DNA of 64,000 nucleotides, from the NCBI GenBank assembly GCA_038087875.1, contig CM075988.1:4898001-4962000 (forward strand), written 5' to 3'. Position 1 is the stretch's first letter. Each line of letters opens with the position of its first letter. This document shows positions 12,857-25,714 of this stretch, piece after piece. This stretch comes from Malacoraja senta. Taxonomy: Eukaryota. The position numbers and the translations under genes are program-made. The notes under the pieces were generated by a model. The model was not told the origin of the DNA and made no database searches. It was given only the letters and a program-made list of their open reading frames with translations.

Positions 12857-15172
12857 GATTATCTTCGGATCAATGGAAGATGGCTAACTACATTTCAAAA
12901 ATCTCTCTTTAATTATGGCTTAATAACAGCAAAAAAAGTATACTTAAATTTTGGAAAAACGCATCTACACCAACGCTTAAAATGTGGATTTCAAATATGT
13001 CGGAAATGTTCCATCTTGAAGAAATGAGTCCTATCAGGCAAAGCAGACCAATTCTTAATGATTTGATCTCCTTTTATCGACTTTTTACAAGCATATGGTG
13101 CAACACAACCATAGAAATTAAATGTTTCAGAACCGGGTGAGGGGTGGGTAAAGATATTAAATAGGTATATCTCTCTTAATCTCTTTCCTTTTATTTCCTT
13201 CTTTTTTTCTATTTCCTTTCTCTCCTTTCATTTTCTCTCTTCACCCTTTTCTACCTTTTTGTTTACTGGTTTCTTTCTTCGGGCTTTCTTTACTATTTCA
13301 CGAACTAACACTATCACCACTTCTTACGATACTCTCTCTTCCTCTATCTTTCCTTTCTTCATTTTCTGTTTTATTGTTAAATTAAAAATAAGAAGTTGTA
13401 CATGAACTGTAATATGTCAGTGTGTATTAGGTACTTATGTACTACATTATTGTACTTACTTCTAATAAAAACAAAAAACAAAACAAACAATAAAACATCT
13501 AAAAATGATTTTCAGTCACTCAAGTAACACAGTCCACAAACAGGATAATATGCTACCTATCACTATTAGACACAACCACACTCCTAAATAATCCACAAAC
13601 ATTAGTCTATTATAAATCACGCACACTAACAAATCTTCCTCGTGGCGCAATCAATCAGCAGGATGACACCTCCCCCGACGCAGCGATCGAATTACAACCT
13701 CTGATCAAAGCACCCCGATTCAGATTCTTGCAAAAGGATATTAAACAAATATGAATATCTAACTTAAACACACTCTCTCTTCAAGTTTTAAATCTGTAAA
13801 CACTCGCACAAGCAGCAACATAAATGACGGTCCGCGGACATAACACGATCGAAATCTTAACTTTTAATTACTCTAAATTTATTTACATACAGAGAATATT
13901 CACAAAATCCGGATCCTATGACAATACGGAAAGCTATTTTTTACAATTTATAAAATGAGTTAAAGCACCACTGCACAATTCACGAACACTCGATCTCGAC
14001 CCTGCGTCACGCTGTTATCACGCAGTGAACCACTCCCTCTGATACCAAAGATTTTCCCCTTCCTAGTTTACCCTTTACTGAGGGGAACTATTCCCTAAAT
14101 GATTACTTTTCCTCCTGAATGTTACTCTCCCTCTGCTGAGACTGGACTTGTACAGGGGGATTTCTATCCCTCCTCTCTAAGTTTGACAGACTTCGCTATT
14201 TGGGTTACTTTTTGTCAAGTAGGGAGGCTTCCGTCTCTCAGGTACTCTTCGCTATCAGGTAATAGTCAACAATCGACCAGAGGGTTACTATTCACTGTTG
14301 ATCAGCCGCTATTCGGAATCGATCACGGACATGCACCAACTTCGAAGTTCTATGTACAGGAATTCGAATCCCACCTTACACAGAACTTCAATATGTAATC
14401 CAGTATTTGAAAATTTGGCTGGAAATATAGACTCAGACTCGAACTCGACCTCCTAATTTTTAGTGCGTATCTCTCTTACTACGTGGGCTCTCGAATTAGC
14501 TAAAATTGCCCAGTTAAATTCTTGAACGAACTGGAGTATTCCGGCCAATCTATACTCAGTTTATTCAAGCTCAGTACCTTCTCGAGGCTCCTCATCCGTC
14601 ACTTCAGGGAGAGACTCAGATACCTACACACAGACACACCCTCTGCTAAGTACCGAGGATCCAGCGCTTAGCCGCTTCGCGCTGTGAATTATCAATGCCG
14701 TTTTTCAGAGCGCACCTTTTCGTTTCGCGCTCCCGGCAACAATCCGATCAAAGACGAGACCTGACTTTAAATACCCCACCAATTTGGACACCAAGTGTAA
14801 CCCTGGGCCACTCCTCGCCCGATGAAGCCCGTTTGGGTCTCGTTAAAGGCAGCTGCAGTCTGCCCAACTATGACCAGTTTTGGGCCTCTAACCCAGGAAA
14901 GGGACTCTAACCCAACCCCACCAGGGCCTCTAACCCCAGTCTGGTTTTATGAGCCTCCAACCCAAAGGCGTGCTAACCACTCCCCCGTGTTTGCTAGACT
15001 CTGTTGTAATTATCTCGATTAGACCCTTTCCCAAGCCCACGAATGATCAATCTGCTCCGACTCATGGTGCCAAAAATCAATGCGAAAACCGCCCGTTAGC
15101 CCAATTTCTGCACTCGCGATCGAAACAGCTCCACACCCTTGATCGCAAACTTGTGTTTGGGGGTCTTTTGAG

Positions 15173-15190
15173 ATCCTGGACGAGCCCCCA
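15173..15190 (-). promoter_or_regulatory. Primer-binding site, tRNA-Pro
   Basis: Minus strand TGGGGGCTCGTCCAGGAT, 17/18 identical to the MLV-type tRNA-Pro PBS TGGGGGCTCGTCCGGGAT. Confidence 0.9.
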
Positions 15191-15192
15191 AT

Positions 15193-15963
15193 TATAATTG
15201 CTCGTTTTTCAGCTTCTCCCCAGTCTAGTTTCAGTAAAAACACTGAATCAAGCACTTGAAACAACTAAATTTCATTTTACCAAAAGCGCGTCACAGATCA
15301 CACACTGTACCTATCCCACCGCGGGTTCGAAGCTCGCATCTGCCTGTTCAAGCCCTCTAGGCCTCGCTCAGACAGAGACACTCCAGAAGTTCACGCAGTC
15401 CCGAGCGCTCTTCCAGAAGATCGACGCTGAGCCTTGTGATCGCGGACTTTTATATGTCCCGGAACTTCAAGGGGTCGAACCACATGGGGGTGGTCTCTCA
15501 ATAACCCAATTACAGATATCTATTAACCCTATACATAACAGGCATTCCCCTAACCCAATGATGCAACAGTTCAATACATTGTATTCACAACGGACTTCGA
15601 GAGGAGGTCAACTTGGAAACATTTACCATGGTTAACAGAAAACCCAGATAAGGTTCAACACCTCATCCAATCAACATTTGGCAAAGATAGACTCTGCAAC
15701 ATTATTTACAACTATTTACAAGGTGCATGTCTGGTTTGCAGCCATCCAATCCATTCTATGCATTTTGCACCAGATTGACAGCGTTTGCAGATCTTCTCAT
15801 TCTTTGCTTGCAAATTGTATCTAAGCTCCAGACACTCTGGCACCTCTTCGCAGCTTGTCCCAGCTCTGCAGGGAGTAATTCCAATTTGACCAAATCTCCC
15901 AACAACCCTGAAACCTACCCCTATTTTGAAGTCCTAGGTGCTCCAATTTAGCCAGGATTTACA
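15193..15963 (-). repeat. 5' LTR of the ERV (~770 bp)
   Basis: Begins 2 nt from the PBS; imperfect terminal IR (plus-strand tataattgct ... aggatttaca); TATAAAA on minus at 15448-15454; CR1 sequence begins immediately after 15963. Confidence 0.65.
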
Positions 15964-16262
15964 CCGGGAATTAACCTTGTAAACCTACGCTGCACTCCCT
16001 CAATACCAAGTATGACCTTCCTCAAAATGGGGACTAAAACTGCACACAATACTCCAGGTGTGGCCTCACTAGGGCCCTAAACAACTGCAGAAGGACATCT
16101 TTGCTCCTATACTCAAATCCTCTTGTTGTAAAGGCCAAAATGCCATTTGCTTTCTTCACTGCCTGCAGATTCATAGAGCCACTTCCTAAGTACCCTGGGA
16201 TGCAGACCATCAGGCCCTGGGATTTATCAGTCTTCAGTCCCATCAGTCTACCCAACACCTTC
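15964..16262 (-). mobile_element. CR1 LINE fragments (probable host of the ERV insertion)
   Basis: LVRPHLEYCVQF segment fused to a KSxGPDGLHPRVL-like segment. Confidence 0.8.
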
Positions 16263-16649
16263 AGAAAAAAAAATCTCCCCATTTCAAATTCAATGCTGAG
16301 GATTTAGTGTTGAAAATGTTTTCAAGAAAAGCATCTTTGGTCTCATCGGCATCTGCCATCCCAGCTATTCTTTAACTGAAGATCACATTTGTTCTCGATT
16401 TCCACTGGTGATAATGCCAAGGATCAGTAAATAGATAATAAATTCTGTGTTGATTTATGACTGTGTCACGTTGGCATCATGAAGTTCTGCTCGAGCGACA
16501 TTTTGCCATCTGAAAAATTGAAGAACTGTGGGAGTGTATTCCTGCACCATGCATCTGTCTCAGAGAGACGCTGAAAATCTTCCTTCCTAAGTCACCTAAT
16601 CCAGTTCTCTTGAACATTATACCTCTCAAGCGTTAACTGTTTCTTTCTC

Positions 16650-17260
16650 ATAAGGTCATAAGGAATAGTAGTTGGGCCATTCGGCCCATCAAGTCTACTC
16701 CGCCATTCAATCATGGCTCATTTATCTCTCCCTCCTAACCCCATTCTCCCGCCTTCTCCCCATAACCTCTGACACCCGTACTAATCAAGAATCTGTCTCA
16801 CTGCCTTCAAAATATCTACTGACCTGGCCTCTAGAGCCTTCCATGTCAAAGAATTCCACAGATTCACCATCCTCTGACTAAAAACATTTCTCCTCATCTC
16901 CTTCCAAAAGGACGTCCTTTAATTCTGAACCCATGACCTGTAGTTCTAGACTCTCCCACTAATGGAAACCACAGCAGTCTCCACTATTGCCATGTGATTT
17001 TCTGATGGTCAGCAGCATTTCTTTAATCAGAGGGTGGTTAATCTGTGGAATTCATTGCCACAGACGGCTGTGGAGGCCAAGTCAATCGATATTTTTAGGG
17101 TGGAGATTGATAGATTCTTGATTAGTACAGGTGTCAGAGGTTTTGGGGAAACGGCAGGAGAATGGGGTTGAGAGGAAAAGATAGGTCACCCATGAATGAA
17201 TGGCAGTACAGACTTGATGGGCTGAATGGCCTAAATCTGCTCCTACAACTTATGAACATG
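16650..17260. mobile_element. Two CR1 3'-end fragments in opposite orientation (~16650-16970 minus, ~17020-17260 plus)
   Basis: Both carry the CR1 RVVNLWNSLP-region and 3' UTR seen in other copies in the window. Confidence 0.75.
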
Positions 17261-17964
17261 AGCATGTTCTGTTTTTTACCTCAGATTTTCAACATCTGCC
17301 GTATTTTACTTTTTTCCAGTTCCATTGTGATCTGCAACACCGGCCCTGTATTTCCTTGAACCTTTTCACTGCTGCATTCAGGATCAATATGCCAGAAATG
17401 TGGCGCCAGCATCAGTTTAAATTTAGACTTTAGACTTTAAACTTTAGTGATACAGTCTTCGGCCCAGAGTCTGCGCTAACCGGGGATCACCCTGTTTGAA
17501 CCGTTGAGTTCCTCCAGCTTTTTGTGTCCACCCTTAATTAACCTGGTAGGAATTCTCCTAAAACTGCTCCTCTGCCAAAGGCATAATTTTACCAGATGTG
17601 GAGTGAAACCATTCAGTGCTTCGGCTTGAAAGGGTGAGTTTTGATCAAGGAATTCATGGTGACTGTATGAAATGCAGGTTGTGTTAGGCATAAAGTTGGC
17701 TTGACTCATTCCTAGTCAGTTGTAAGGTTGGAGATTGTTAGTTGTGGAGGGATTGGCAAGGATGGAGTCATTAATCCATCAACTGCATGATCTTGTTTAC
17801 TCTTAGGATGTGGATGTAGACACAATCTCCCAAACTACCCCATTGTGGCCTTTGCACTTTTTACATCTGTACTTTCTCTATTATAACACTGTAACATTGT
17901 AGTACTATTTTGGTTATTCTTCTCTTTGCATTACCTGTTGTACTTGCGTAAGGCTTATTTGTAA

Positions 17965-18280
17965 CTAACTTCAAGTAACCCCTGCATTCCCTCTCTCTCC
18001 ATCCCTCTCCACACCAAAGTCACACCAGGTTCTTGTTCTCACTCAGCAAACAGCTAACAATGGCATGGTTCCTTTATCATCAGTTTTCTTGCATATCTTT
18101 CATTCATTTGTTCTATATCTCTTCACATCACTGTCGATATCTCTTGTTTCCCTTTCCCCTGACTAGTCTGAAACATTGCCCATTCCTTCTATCCAGAGAT
18201 GCTGCCTGTCCCGCTGAGTTACTCCAGCATTCGGTGTCTATCTTTGGTTTAAAACAGCATCTGCCATTCCTTCCTACACA
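17965..18280 (+). mobile_element. Penelope-like 3' region, decayed
   Basis: Shares gagatgctgcctgtcccgctgagttactccagcat...ttccttcctacac with other copies; hammerhead core deleted. Confidence 0.7.
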
Positions 18281-18429
18281 CTATTTGTACTCATGTTCGA
18301 TTTGATTTGACTGGAGACCATACAAGTTCTTCATTGTACCTCACTACACGTGATAATAATAAACCAATACCAATATGCATATCCCAGTGGAAACCTAATC
18401 ACGCTATCAGAGATACTGCCCTATAATCT

Positions 18430-20398
18430 TCTTAATTCTTAATGCCCCGCAGACTGTCTGTATGGAGGCGTCCCCTGCTGTGTGTGAAAACTTCCTTCAC
18501 TTTTTTATTGATAAGGTCACTTCTATTAGAACTCTAATCCCATCATCTGCTTATGACCCCTCAATCTCTGTCCCCTGCTCTGCTGTATTTGACCAGTTTA
18601 AGCCTGTGACTCTTTCCTTTTTACAGGAGATTGTTGGTCATTTGAAGCCCTCAGGTTCTCCAAACGATGCTGCCCCTCCTCGACTATTTAAAGAGGTTTT
18701 CCCCACTGTAGGACCATCTGATATTGCAGTCATTAATAGCAGTCTGTCCTCAGGTGTTGTCCCTGAAAATTTTAAACATGCAGTTTAACAACCCCTGATT
18801 AAAAAACCTGCTCTTGACCCTGCAGTTCTTGGAAATTTCAGGCCTATCTCCAAACTGCCTTTTCTATCAAAAATCCTGGAGAAGATCGTGCACAGTCAAT
18901 TAATGGCCTTTCTGGAAGAACATAATATTTTAGAAGTCTTCCAATCCGGTTTTAAATCCCTGCACAGCACCAAATCAGCCCTTTTAAGAGTTTTTAATGA
19001 TATTTTTTTAGCTACTAACCGTGGTGACTGTGTTACCCTTGTGCTTTTAGATCTGACTGCTGCTTTTGACAGTGGATCATGAAATATTGATCTCACGTTT
19101 GAAGCAGTGGGTGGGTATCAGGGGCATAGCATTGGGGTGGTTCAGGTCGTACCTGGCTGATCGAACTTTCTGTGTCAGCCTTGGGGACTCTGTATCCTCC
19201 TCTGCTCCTCTCTCGTGTGGGGTCCCACAGGGCTCAGTTCTTGGCCCTCTCCTCTTTTCTCTCTATTTGCTCCCACTTGGTTCCATACTTAGGAAGCACG
19301 GAATTTCATTCCACTTTTATGCAGACAGTCAGATTTATGTGCCTCTTAAAAAGAAGGATGAACACTCTGTCGGACTGTTACTTGAGTGTCTCAACGACAT
19401 AAAGGCCTGGATGGCTCTGAACTTTTTTTAATTTAATGATAAAAAGACGGAAGTAATGGTTTTTGGTGGCACCACTGGGGCCCCCCCTGTAGATCTGGGC
19501 TCCCTGGCCCAGTATATCAAACCAAGCATCACAAACCTAGGGGTTAAAGTGGACCCTGAGCTTAAATTTGACAGTCAAATCAAGGCTGTTGTTAAATCAA
19601 GCTTTTTCCATTTGAAGCAGCTGGCCAAAATAAAGCCAATTCTGTCAAGGCAGCACTTTGAGACGGTAATCCACGCCTTTGTTACCACTGGGCTGGATTA
19701 CTGCAATGCACTGTATGTGGGGGTTAGTGGGTCCTCCATCGCCCGTCTCCAGATGGTACAGAATGCAGCTGTACGTCTTTTAACTGGCACACGTAAACAT
19801 GAGCACATTTCGCACATTTTAGCCTCACTCCACTCCATTCAGTTTAGGATCCATTTTTAAATTCTTTTATTTGCTTTTAAATCCCTGAATGGTCTTGCCC
19901 CGCCCTACCTATCTGAGCTTCTACACCCGTATACACCCGCCCGCTCTCTCAGGTCAGATAATCAGCTGCTCCTGAGTGGGCCTAAAACTAAGTTGAAGCT
20001 CAGAGGGGACCGTGCCTTTGCTGTGTCGGCACCCAAATTATGGAACGATCTGCCTCTCCACATTAAACAGGCCTCTTCTCTGTCTGTTTTTAAATCTCTT
20101 CTTAAAACCCATCTCTTCTCCGTGGCCTTTGATACCCAGTAAGATGTCGACTTTATTTACTTGATTTAATTTCTTTTTTGATTGCTTTTATTGCGTGGCT
20201 ATTATTTTTACTCATGTTTTATTTCTTTTAATTTATTGTTGTATTTCATATGTAATTTTTGCGTCTCATGTGAGCTGTTATGTTATGTTCTGTTATGTTG
20301 TCTGTTTATGATGTCTTGTTTAGTCTTCTGTACAGCACTTTGGTCAACATTGGTTGTTTTAAAGTGCTTAACAAATAAACTTGGATTCGATTGGATAT
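18430..20398 (+). mobile_element. L2-clade LINE, 5'-truncated, RT domain with frameshifts
   Basis: [61 protein letters not shown]; 3' acagcactttggtc...aataaa(cttgga) tail. Confidence 0.92.
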
Positions 20399-21109
20399 AA
20401 TCCCTCTGAATGCACCCTATCTGAAAACAGGATAATATCTGTAACTCTCATCTATTTCTTTAACCTATGGTAAATCAATTTCCCTCAGTTTTTCATCACC
20501 TCAGCCTCTCAATCCATTTTCCCTCTTTCCCAGTTTGGAGGAAGGGACTTTGATCTCACACACTAACTGCTTCTTTCACCGCAGATGCTGCCTGACCTGC
20601 TGAGTGTTTCCAGCATTCCCTGTTTTCATTTCAGATATCCAACATCTGTGGGGATTTTATTTTGACTTTCAAGGAGTCATTCTCTTTGGCAAAAGCAAGA
20701 TGCAGGACAATTTAATTGATATCCTTGAAACTTTAAGAGGGTAAAAAAAGAACTTCTGAAGGAATTCTGCAGGTCAGGCAGCATCTGTGGAGAGAAATGG
20801 GCGTTTCGTGTCGAGATACCTCAGTATTCAAACGTCGAGAGGGGGAGGTGATGAAATACTGAGGGAAATTGATTCAGCATAAGTTGAAGAATTCGATGAG
20901 AGTTGCAGATATTATCCTGTTAAAAGGAGGTTGGATAATAGAAGCAGAAGATTTCATCGCATTTTGAAAAGTATCTGGATGAAAATCAATAATGAAATGG
21001 TTGGGAACTAAGACATGAGGTGCAACGCTCTCTGTTGGCTGACGTGGACACAAAGGGCTGAATGTCTTTGTGGTGTGTTGTAGATGTCTGTGATCCTTTC
21101 ATTGCGTAA

Positions 21110-21395
21110 ATCAAGTCAAGAGTGTTTTATTGTCATATGTCCTAGATAGAACAATGACATTCTTAATTACAGCAGCACAACAGGATGTGTAAACATAGTA
21201 CACTGGAAACAATATAATTAATGAGAGAGAAAAAAAATGTTCAGTTTGTGTGTATGCACACATATTCACAAATATACATATATATAGATCATATATAGAC
21301 ACAAAGAGCTGGAGTAACTCAGCGGGACAGGCAGCATCTCTGGAGAGAAGATATATATATATATATACTGTACACACATACGTATGTACACACAA
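21110..21395 (-). mobile_element. Rex1-type 3' UTR fragment with a small Penelope insert
   Basis: tcaagtcaag tail plus tttattgtcatatgtcc, matching the Rex1 3' end at ~12770-12856 in reverse. Confidence 0.6.
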
Positions 21396-21636
21396 TGAGT
21401 CTCCACTGGATTCCACCAAAGGGACTCTTGAGCTGGACTATGGAAATGGATCAGTTCTGTGACCAAGGTACTGTTTGATCTCTGTTGCCTTCATGAGGTG
21501 GAAATATCACGGCAGGGCTCGACTCAATTATCTTCACTGCAAAGCAAACTGGAGAGTAATGGGAGTCAGGATTTGTAATAATCCATTATTCAGTAGCTCT
21601 GAGATAGCTTCAATGCAAGTGAAGGAGTAGGGTTGG

Positions 21637-21846
21637 TACACAAAAATGCTGGAGAAACTCAGCGGGTGCAGCAGCATCTATGGAGCGAAGGAAATAGGTA
21701 ACGTTTCGGGCCGAAACCCTTCTTAAGGGTTTCGGCCCGAAATGTTACCTATTTCCTTCGCTCCATAGATGCTGCTGCACCCGCTGAGTTTCTCCAGCAT
21801 TTTTGTGTACCTTCGATTTTCCAGCATCTGCAGTTCCTTCTTTAAC
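21637..21846. mobile_element. Penelope-derived fold-back insertion with 15-bp TSD
   Basis: 87-bp arms 21635-21721 and 21725-21811 (1 mismatch); TSD aaggagtagggttgg at 21622-21636 and 21847-21861. Confidence 0.92.
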
Positions 21847-22461
21847 AAGGAGTAGGGTTGGGGTTGGGCGGGCGTGAATTCAAAGCAATATAGGAAGGAG
21901 GCAGAATCAATGTTAGCAAAGCACCATTTTGGGAAGAACGTCCCATTAAGAGCAATGTGGCACATAAAAAATAGACACAAAATGCTGGAGTAACTCAGCG
22001 GGACAGGCAGTATCTCTGGATAGAAGATACTGGATAGAAGATTTCAGGTCGAGACCCAGCTTCAGATTCCATGGGCTTTTGAACCTAAGATCAATACTAA
22101 ATTTTGAGAATGATAATATCGTTTCTGCATATTGTTAGTTTCACTGTACTATTGATAAGATAGTGTTTTTGCAGTCTGAAAAAGGGTTCCGACCCAAAAT
22201 GTCACCTGTTCCTTTTCTCCAGAAATGCTACCTGACCTGTTGAGTTACTCCGACACTTTGTGTCTATCTTCAGCATAAACCAGCATCTGAAGTTTCTTCC
22301 TACATACATAGTTTCTGTCATTGACTTTCTCCCTTTCCCCCTTTGTAATGAAGTTTAGTTTAATGAGAACCCAACTGATACTGTAACTAATGGGAAGTTA
22401 ACAGTTCTGGGACTGAGATCATGGATTGTAAAGTGAGTAGAGGCTATGTAACATTCTCTAC

Positions 22462-22763
22462 TTTAGTTTAGTTTAGTTTAGAGATACAGCACGGAAACAG
22501 GCCCTTCGGCCCACCGGGTCTGCGTCGACAAGCGATCCCGTACACTGGCACTACCCCACACACTAGGGACAATTTACAATCTTTACTAAAGCCAATTAAC
22601 CTACAAACCTGTACATCTTTGGAGTGTGGGAGCAAACCAGAGCAAATACACTCATTCACGGGGAGAACGTACAAACTCCGTACAGACACCACCCGTAGTC
22701 AGGATCGAACCCGGGTGTCTTGCGCTGTCAGGCAGCAACTCCACTGCTGCGCCTCCATGCCGT
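22462..22763 (-). mobile_element. tRNA-derived SINE (HE1/V-SINE-like)
   Basis: A-box-like ggcgcagc and B-box ggttcgatcc, central ggagtttgtacgttctccccgtg, CR1-like 3' end and (ctaaa)n tail. Confidence 0.85.
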
Positions 22764-22783
22764 CTACTAATGCTTTCTGATCC

Positions 22784-23177
22784 CAATGGGCTTGCCCCCA
22801 CCTACATCAAAAGTCTTCTTACCCACCACTCCACCTCCAGGTCCCTCAGATCGGCCGACTTGGGGTTGCTGAATATCCCGCGGTCTAGGCATAAGCTCGA
22901 GGGTGACCGCGCCTTTGCGGTAGCAGCTCCTAGACTGTGGAACAGCATCCCCCTTCCTATCAGAACTGCCCCCTCCATCGACTCCTTTAAGTCAAGACTA
23001 AAAACGTATCTATACTCCCAAGCCTTTCTTGACGTCCTCTGAGCGAGGGCTATATGTATATATGTATGTAGTTTGTTTGTTTATACTATTCTTATAACAA
23101 ATGTAAAGCACTTTAGCCAACGAGAGTTGTTTTTTAAATGTGCTATATAAATAAATGTGACTTGACTTGACTTGACA
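22784..23177 (+). mobile_element. L2 3' fragment
   Basis: GLAPTYI...RSLRSAD...GDRAFAVAAPRLWNSIP...FKSRLKTYL; (gactt)n tail. Confidence 0.88.
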
Positions 23178-23475
23178 ATCATTGTCGGTTCAAGTGCCAC
23201 ATGCCATTAAGTCTGGGCTGGCATTTCTGGTACAGAATTAAAGGAAGGAGTGCAACAACATTGGATTGAACGTCAATTGAATGAAATGTAAGTGGTGTCA
23301 AAGTTCCAACAGTTTAATCTAAAAAACAACTCGGGATTTTATCACCAACATCAGGGTCAATGATCTCTCAAAGAGCAACTCAGATCTGGCAACTTGACCC
23401 AAGGTGTTGAACAGGAACGTTAAAACCTTCGGTTTCTGTCTGCATTATTTTTCCTCTACTCACCTGCAATTATTT

Positions 23476-23756
23476 TGTTTAGTTTAGAGATACAGCGCGA
23501 AACAGGCCCTTCTGCCCACCAAGTCCGCACCGACCAGCGACCCCCCTATACTAACACTATCCTACACACTAGGCACAATTTAACCTACAAACCCATACAT
23601 GTTTGGCACGTGGGAGGAAATCAGAGCGCCTGGAGAAAACCCACCTGGTCACGGGGAGAATGTACAAAATCTATTCAGACAGCACCCGGAGTCAGGATCA
23701 AACCCGGGTCTCTGGCGCTGTAAGGCAGCAACTCTACCGCTGCGCCACCGTGCCGC
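23476..23756 (-). mobile_element. tRNA-derived SINE (HE1/V-SINE-like)
   Basis: Same family as 22462-22763; 5' ggcacggtggcgcagcggtagag. Confidence 0.85.
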
Positions 23757-24983
23757 AATTAACTGGTCTACGAATGGAACTCCCAGGAAGAGAGTTTAAT
23801 TAACCTTTGTTACAATACATTCAACTTCAGTTTTCAATTTGAACGTAACTCTATTTTTTACCATTGGATTTCCTATTGCAGAATCCAGTAAGTGAGTGCA
23901 GTGGATAGGGAGGGTACTTTTATCTTTGTTTCCTCCCTCTGTAGTATGTAAAACACTGTAATATTTAACTGGCAATCTGTTTTTTTTAGGAACATTATTT
24001 GCTTCTATTATACAACGGTCCTTGGGGGGAAATATTGCCTCCAGCCCTTCTGTCTTGTTTCAGATCCTGCACACATTGCTGGCTGCACAGGCAATTTATT
24101 TCACTTGTATTAATTGTTCCAGCAATTGGTTTTCGCAGTCATTTTATTCTCTGGTGAGCTGACCTCCCTGACCTTTGAGGTATTCGCTGTTCTCACCCTG
24201 ACCTTCTCTCTTGTTTCCTATCTCTTTTATCGTCAGTTCTGTGCTATTTTCACCCAATCCTTCCCCGTCTTGACAATTTAAAGTTCTGGAGTAAAACCTG
24301 AATTATACATGACAGTCGGGACCTTTCTTTCCAACGGGATTACTCAGCATTTACAGTGAACATTGAAGCATTGACCTTTCTTTGTGTCGTCCATGAAGAC
24401 CACATTGATATCTCCAGTGCTGTAGGCAAAGGGGTGCTTCCGGCAGTCTCACCCTTTGTCTGTACATTCATTCCTCCACTTTGCTTGATTGCACTCTTTA
24501 AAAGCTTTCGTTCCACATTAACTGCTGGGCTCATCAGTTTCAAGACACACAACTTTGCATTGTTTGGGAACAAAGAGATTGATTTCAGGCCAGCTACACA
24601 ATCTGAAGGAGCGGAGAATGCAGTCTATTCAGATTTAGTACCGGCCCGTGAATGTGGATCACAGCCACGTGCTCTTTGGGGTATGGGATGCTGGTGCCGG
24701 GGCCAGAACTAATCTCTCAGGGTCTGAAGAAGGGTCTCGATCCCGAAATGTCACCCATTCCTTCTATCCAGAGATGCTGCCTGTCCCTGCCTCAACTACC
24801 TCCTCCAGCAGCTCGTTCCATACACCCACCACCCTTTGTGTGAAAAGGTTACTCCTCAGATTCCTATTAAATCATTTCTCCTTCACCTTGAACATAAGGT
24901 GAAGAATGATGTTTCCTGTTGCTTGTCGTAACCACTATGCCATTCATGAAATGTTCACATATCCATAAGGGTGGCACAGTGGC

Positions 24984-25714
24984 TAGGGTTGCCAACTGTC
25001 CCGCATTAGCTGGGACATCCCGTATATTGGGCTAAATTGGTTTGTCCCATACTGGACCACTCTTGTCCCATATTTGACTGCTACTACCAGGTGCTCCTCA
25101 TTCCGATAAACTCATCGTGAATCAAAAATCGTAAATGCATTTAATACACCTAACCTACCATCATCAGAGTGTTGAGGGCTGGACTGCCAGGCGCCTATGG
25201 GTTTTCATTCTCTGGGTTAGTTCCCCCCTCCCCCCTCCCTCTCTCTCCTCTTCAGTCCTCTGCCTTGGGGAGTGTTTCTTTAATTTTCACATTTTAATTA
25301 TGAAATCTCTTTGGCGTCTCTCAACCACCCCACCCCACCCCAGCCCCACTCCCACCACCGCCCCTGTTCGGTTGGAGCGCTCACCAATTCCCTGAACACC
25401 GATGCCCCTTAAATCTCCCAAGTGCCAGCCCCCCCAGGAGCGAACACATGGCGAACTGTCACAGCAGGTAGCAGCAGCTCTGAGATTTTATCAACCGGCT
25501 CATCAGATCTGTTGCCGTTCGATGTCCATCTCGCTTCCTGCAAGATCCCTCACAAGTCCCTCCCTCATCGCTTCCTCCCACGGAGAGGCTAACGCGCTTC
25601 ACTTAATCCCGGGTGAGCACCATAACCACACCGTGGCGGCAGCACGCCACCTTTTGCCCCTTATTTGGCCACCTTTTTTGTCCTTGTTTGGGAGTGAGAA
25701 AGTTGGCAACCCTA
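24984..25714. mobile_element. Non-autonomous hAT-type DNA transposon inserted in a SINE head
   Basis: 14-bp TIR tagggttgccaact / agttggcaacccta; 8-bp TSD acagtggc (24976-24983) / acggtggc (25715-25722). Confidence 0.88.

Larger units (their letters stand above)
8498..13491 (+). mobile_element. L1-clade LINE with intact 5' end, internally deleted, 17-bp TSD
   Basis: TSD aaaacatctaaaaatga at 8481-8497 and 13492-13508; starts gggacttccgg; ORF1, APE endonuclease and ORF2 C-terminus present; AATAAA plus A-rich tail at 13464-13491. Confidence 0.92.
1..15963 (-). mobile_element. Endogenous retrovirus, 5' half (LTR-PBS-leader-gag), class I-like, heavily interrupted; probably runs off the left edge
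   Basis: tRNA-Pro PBS at 15173-15190, LTR with TATA box, gag with MG start, WPxGG matrix-like motif, capsid-like segment and CCHC knuckles; host sequence is continuous across the DIRS and L1 insertions. Assignment of 1-190 to the ERV is tentative. Confidence 0.85.

Noticed and set aside
22690..22763. tRNA genes at A/B-box motifs
   Set aside because: They are SINE heads continuing into SINE body and tail; no complete cloverleaf is evident.
24340..24712. Possible host exon in non-repeat sequence
   Set aside because: No recognisable protein motif in either strand's ORF and no convincing splice-site pair.
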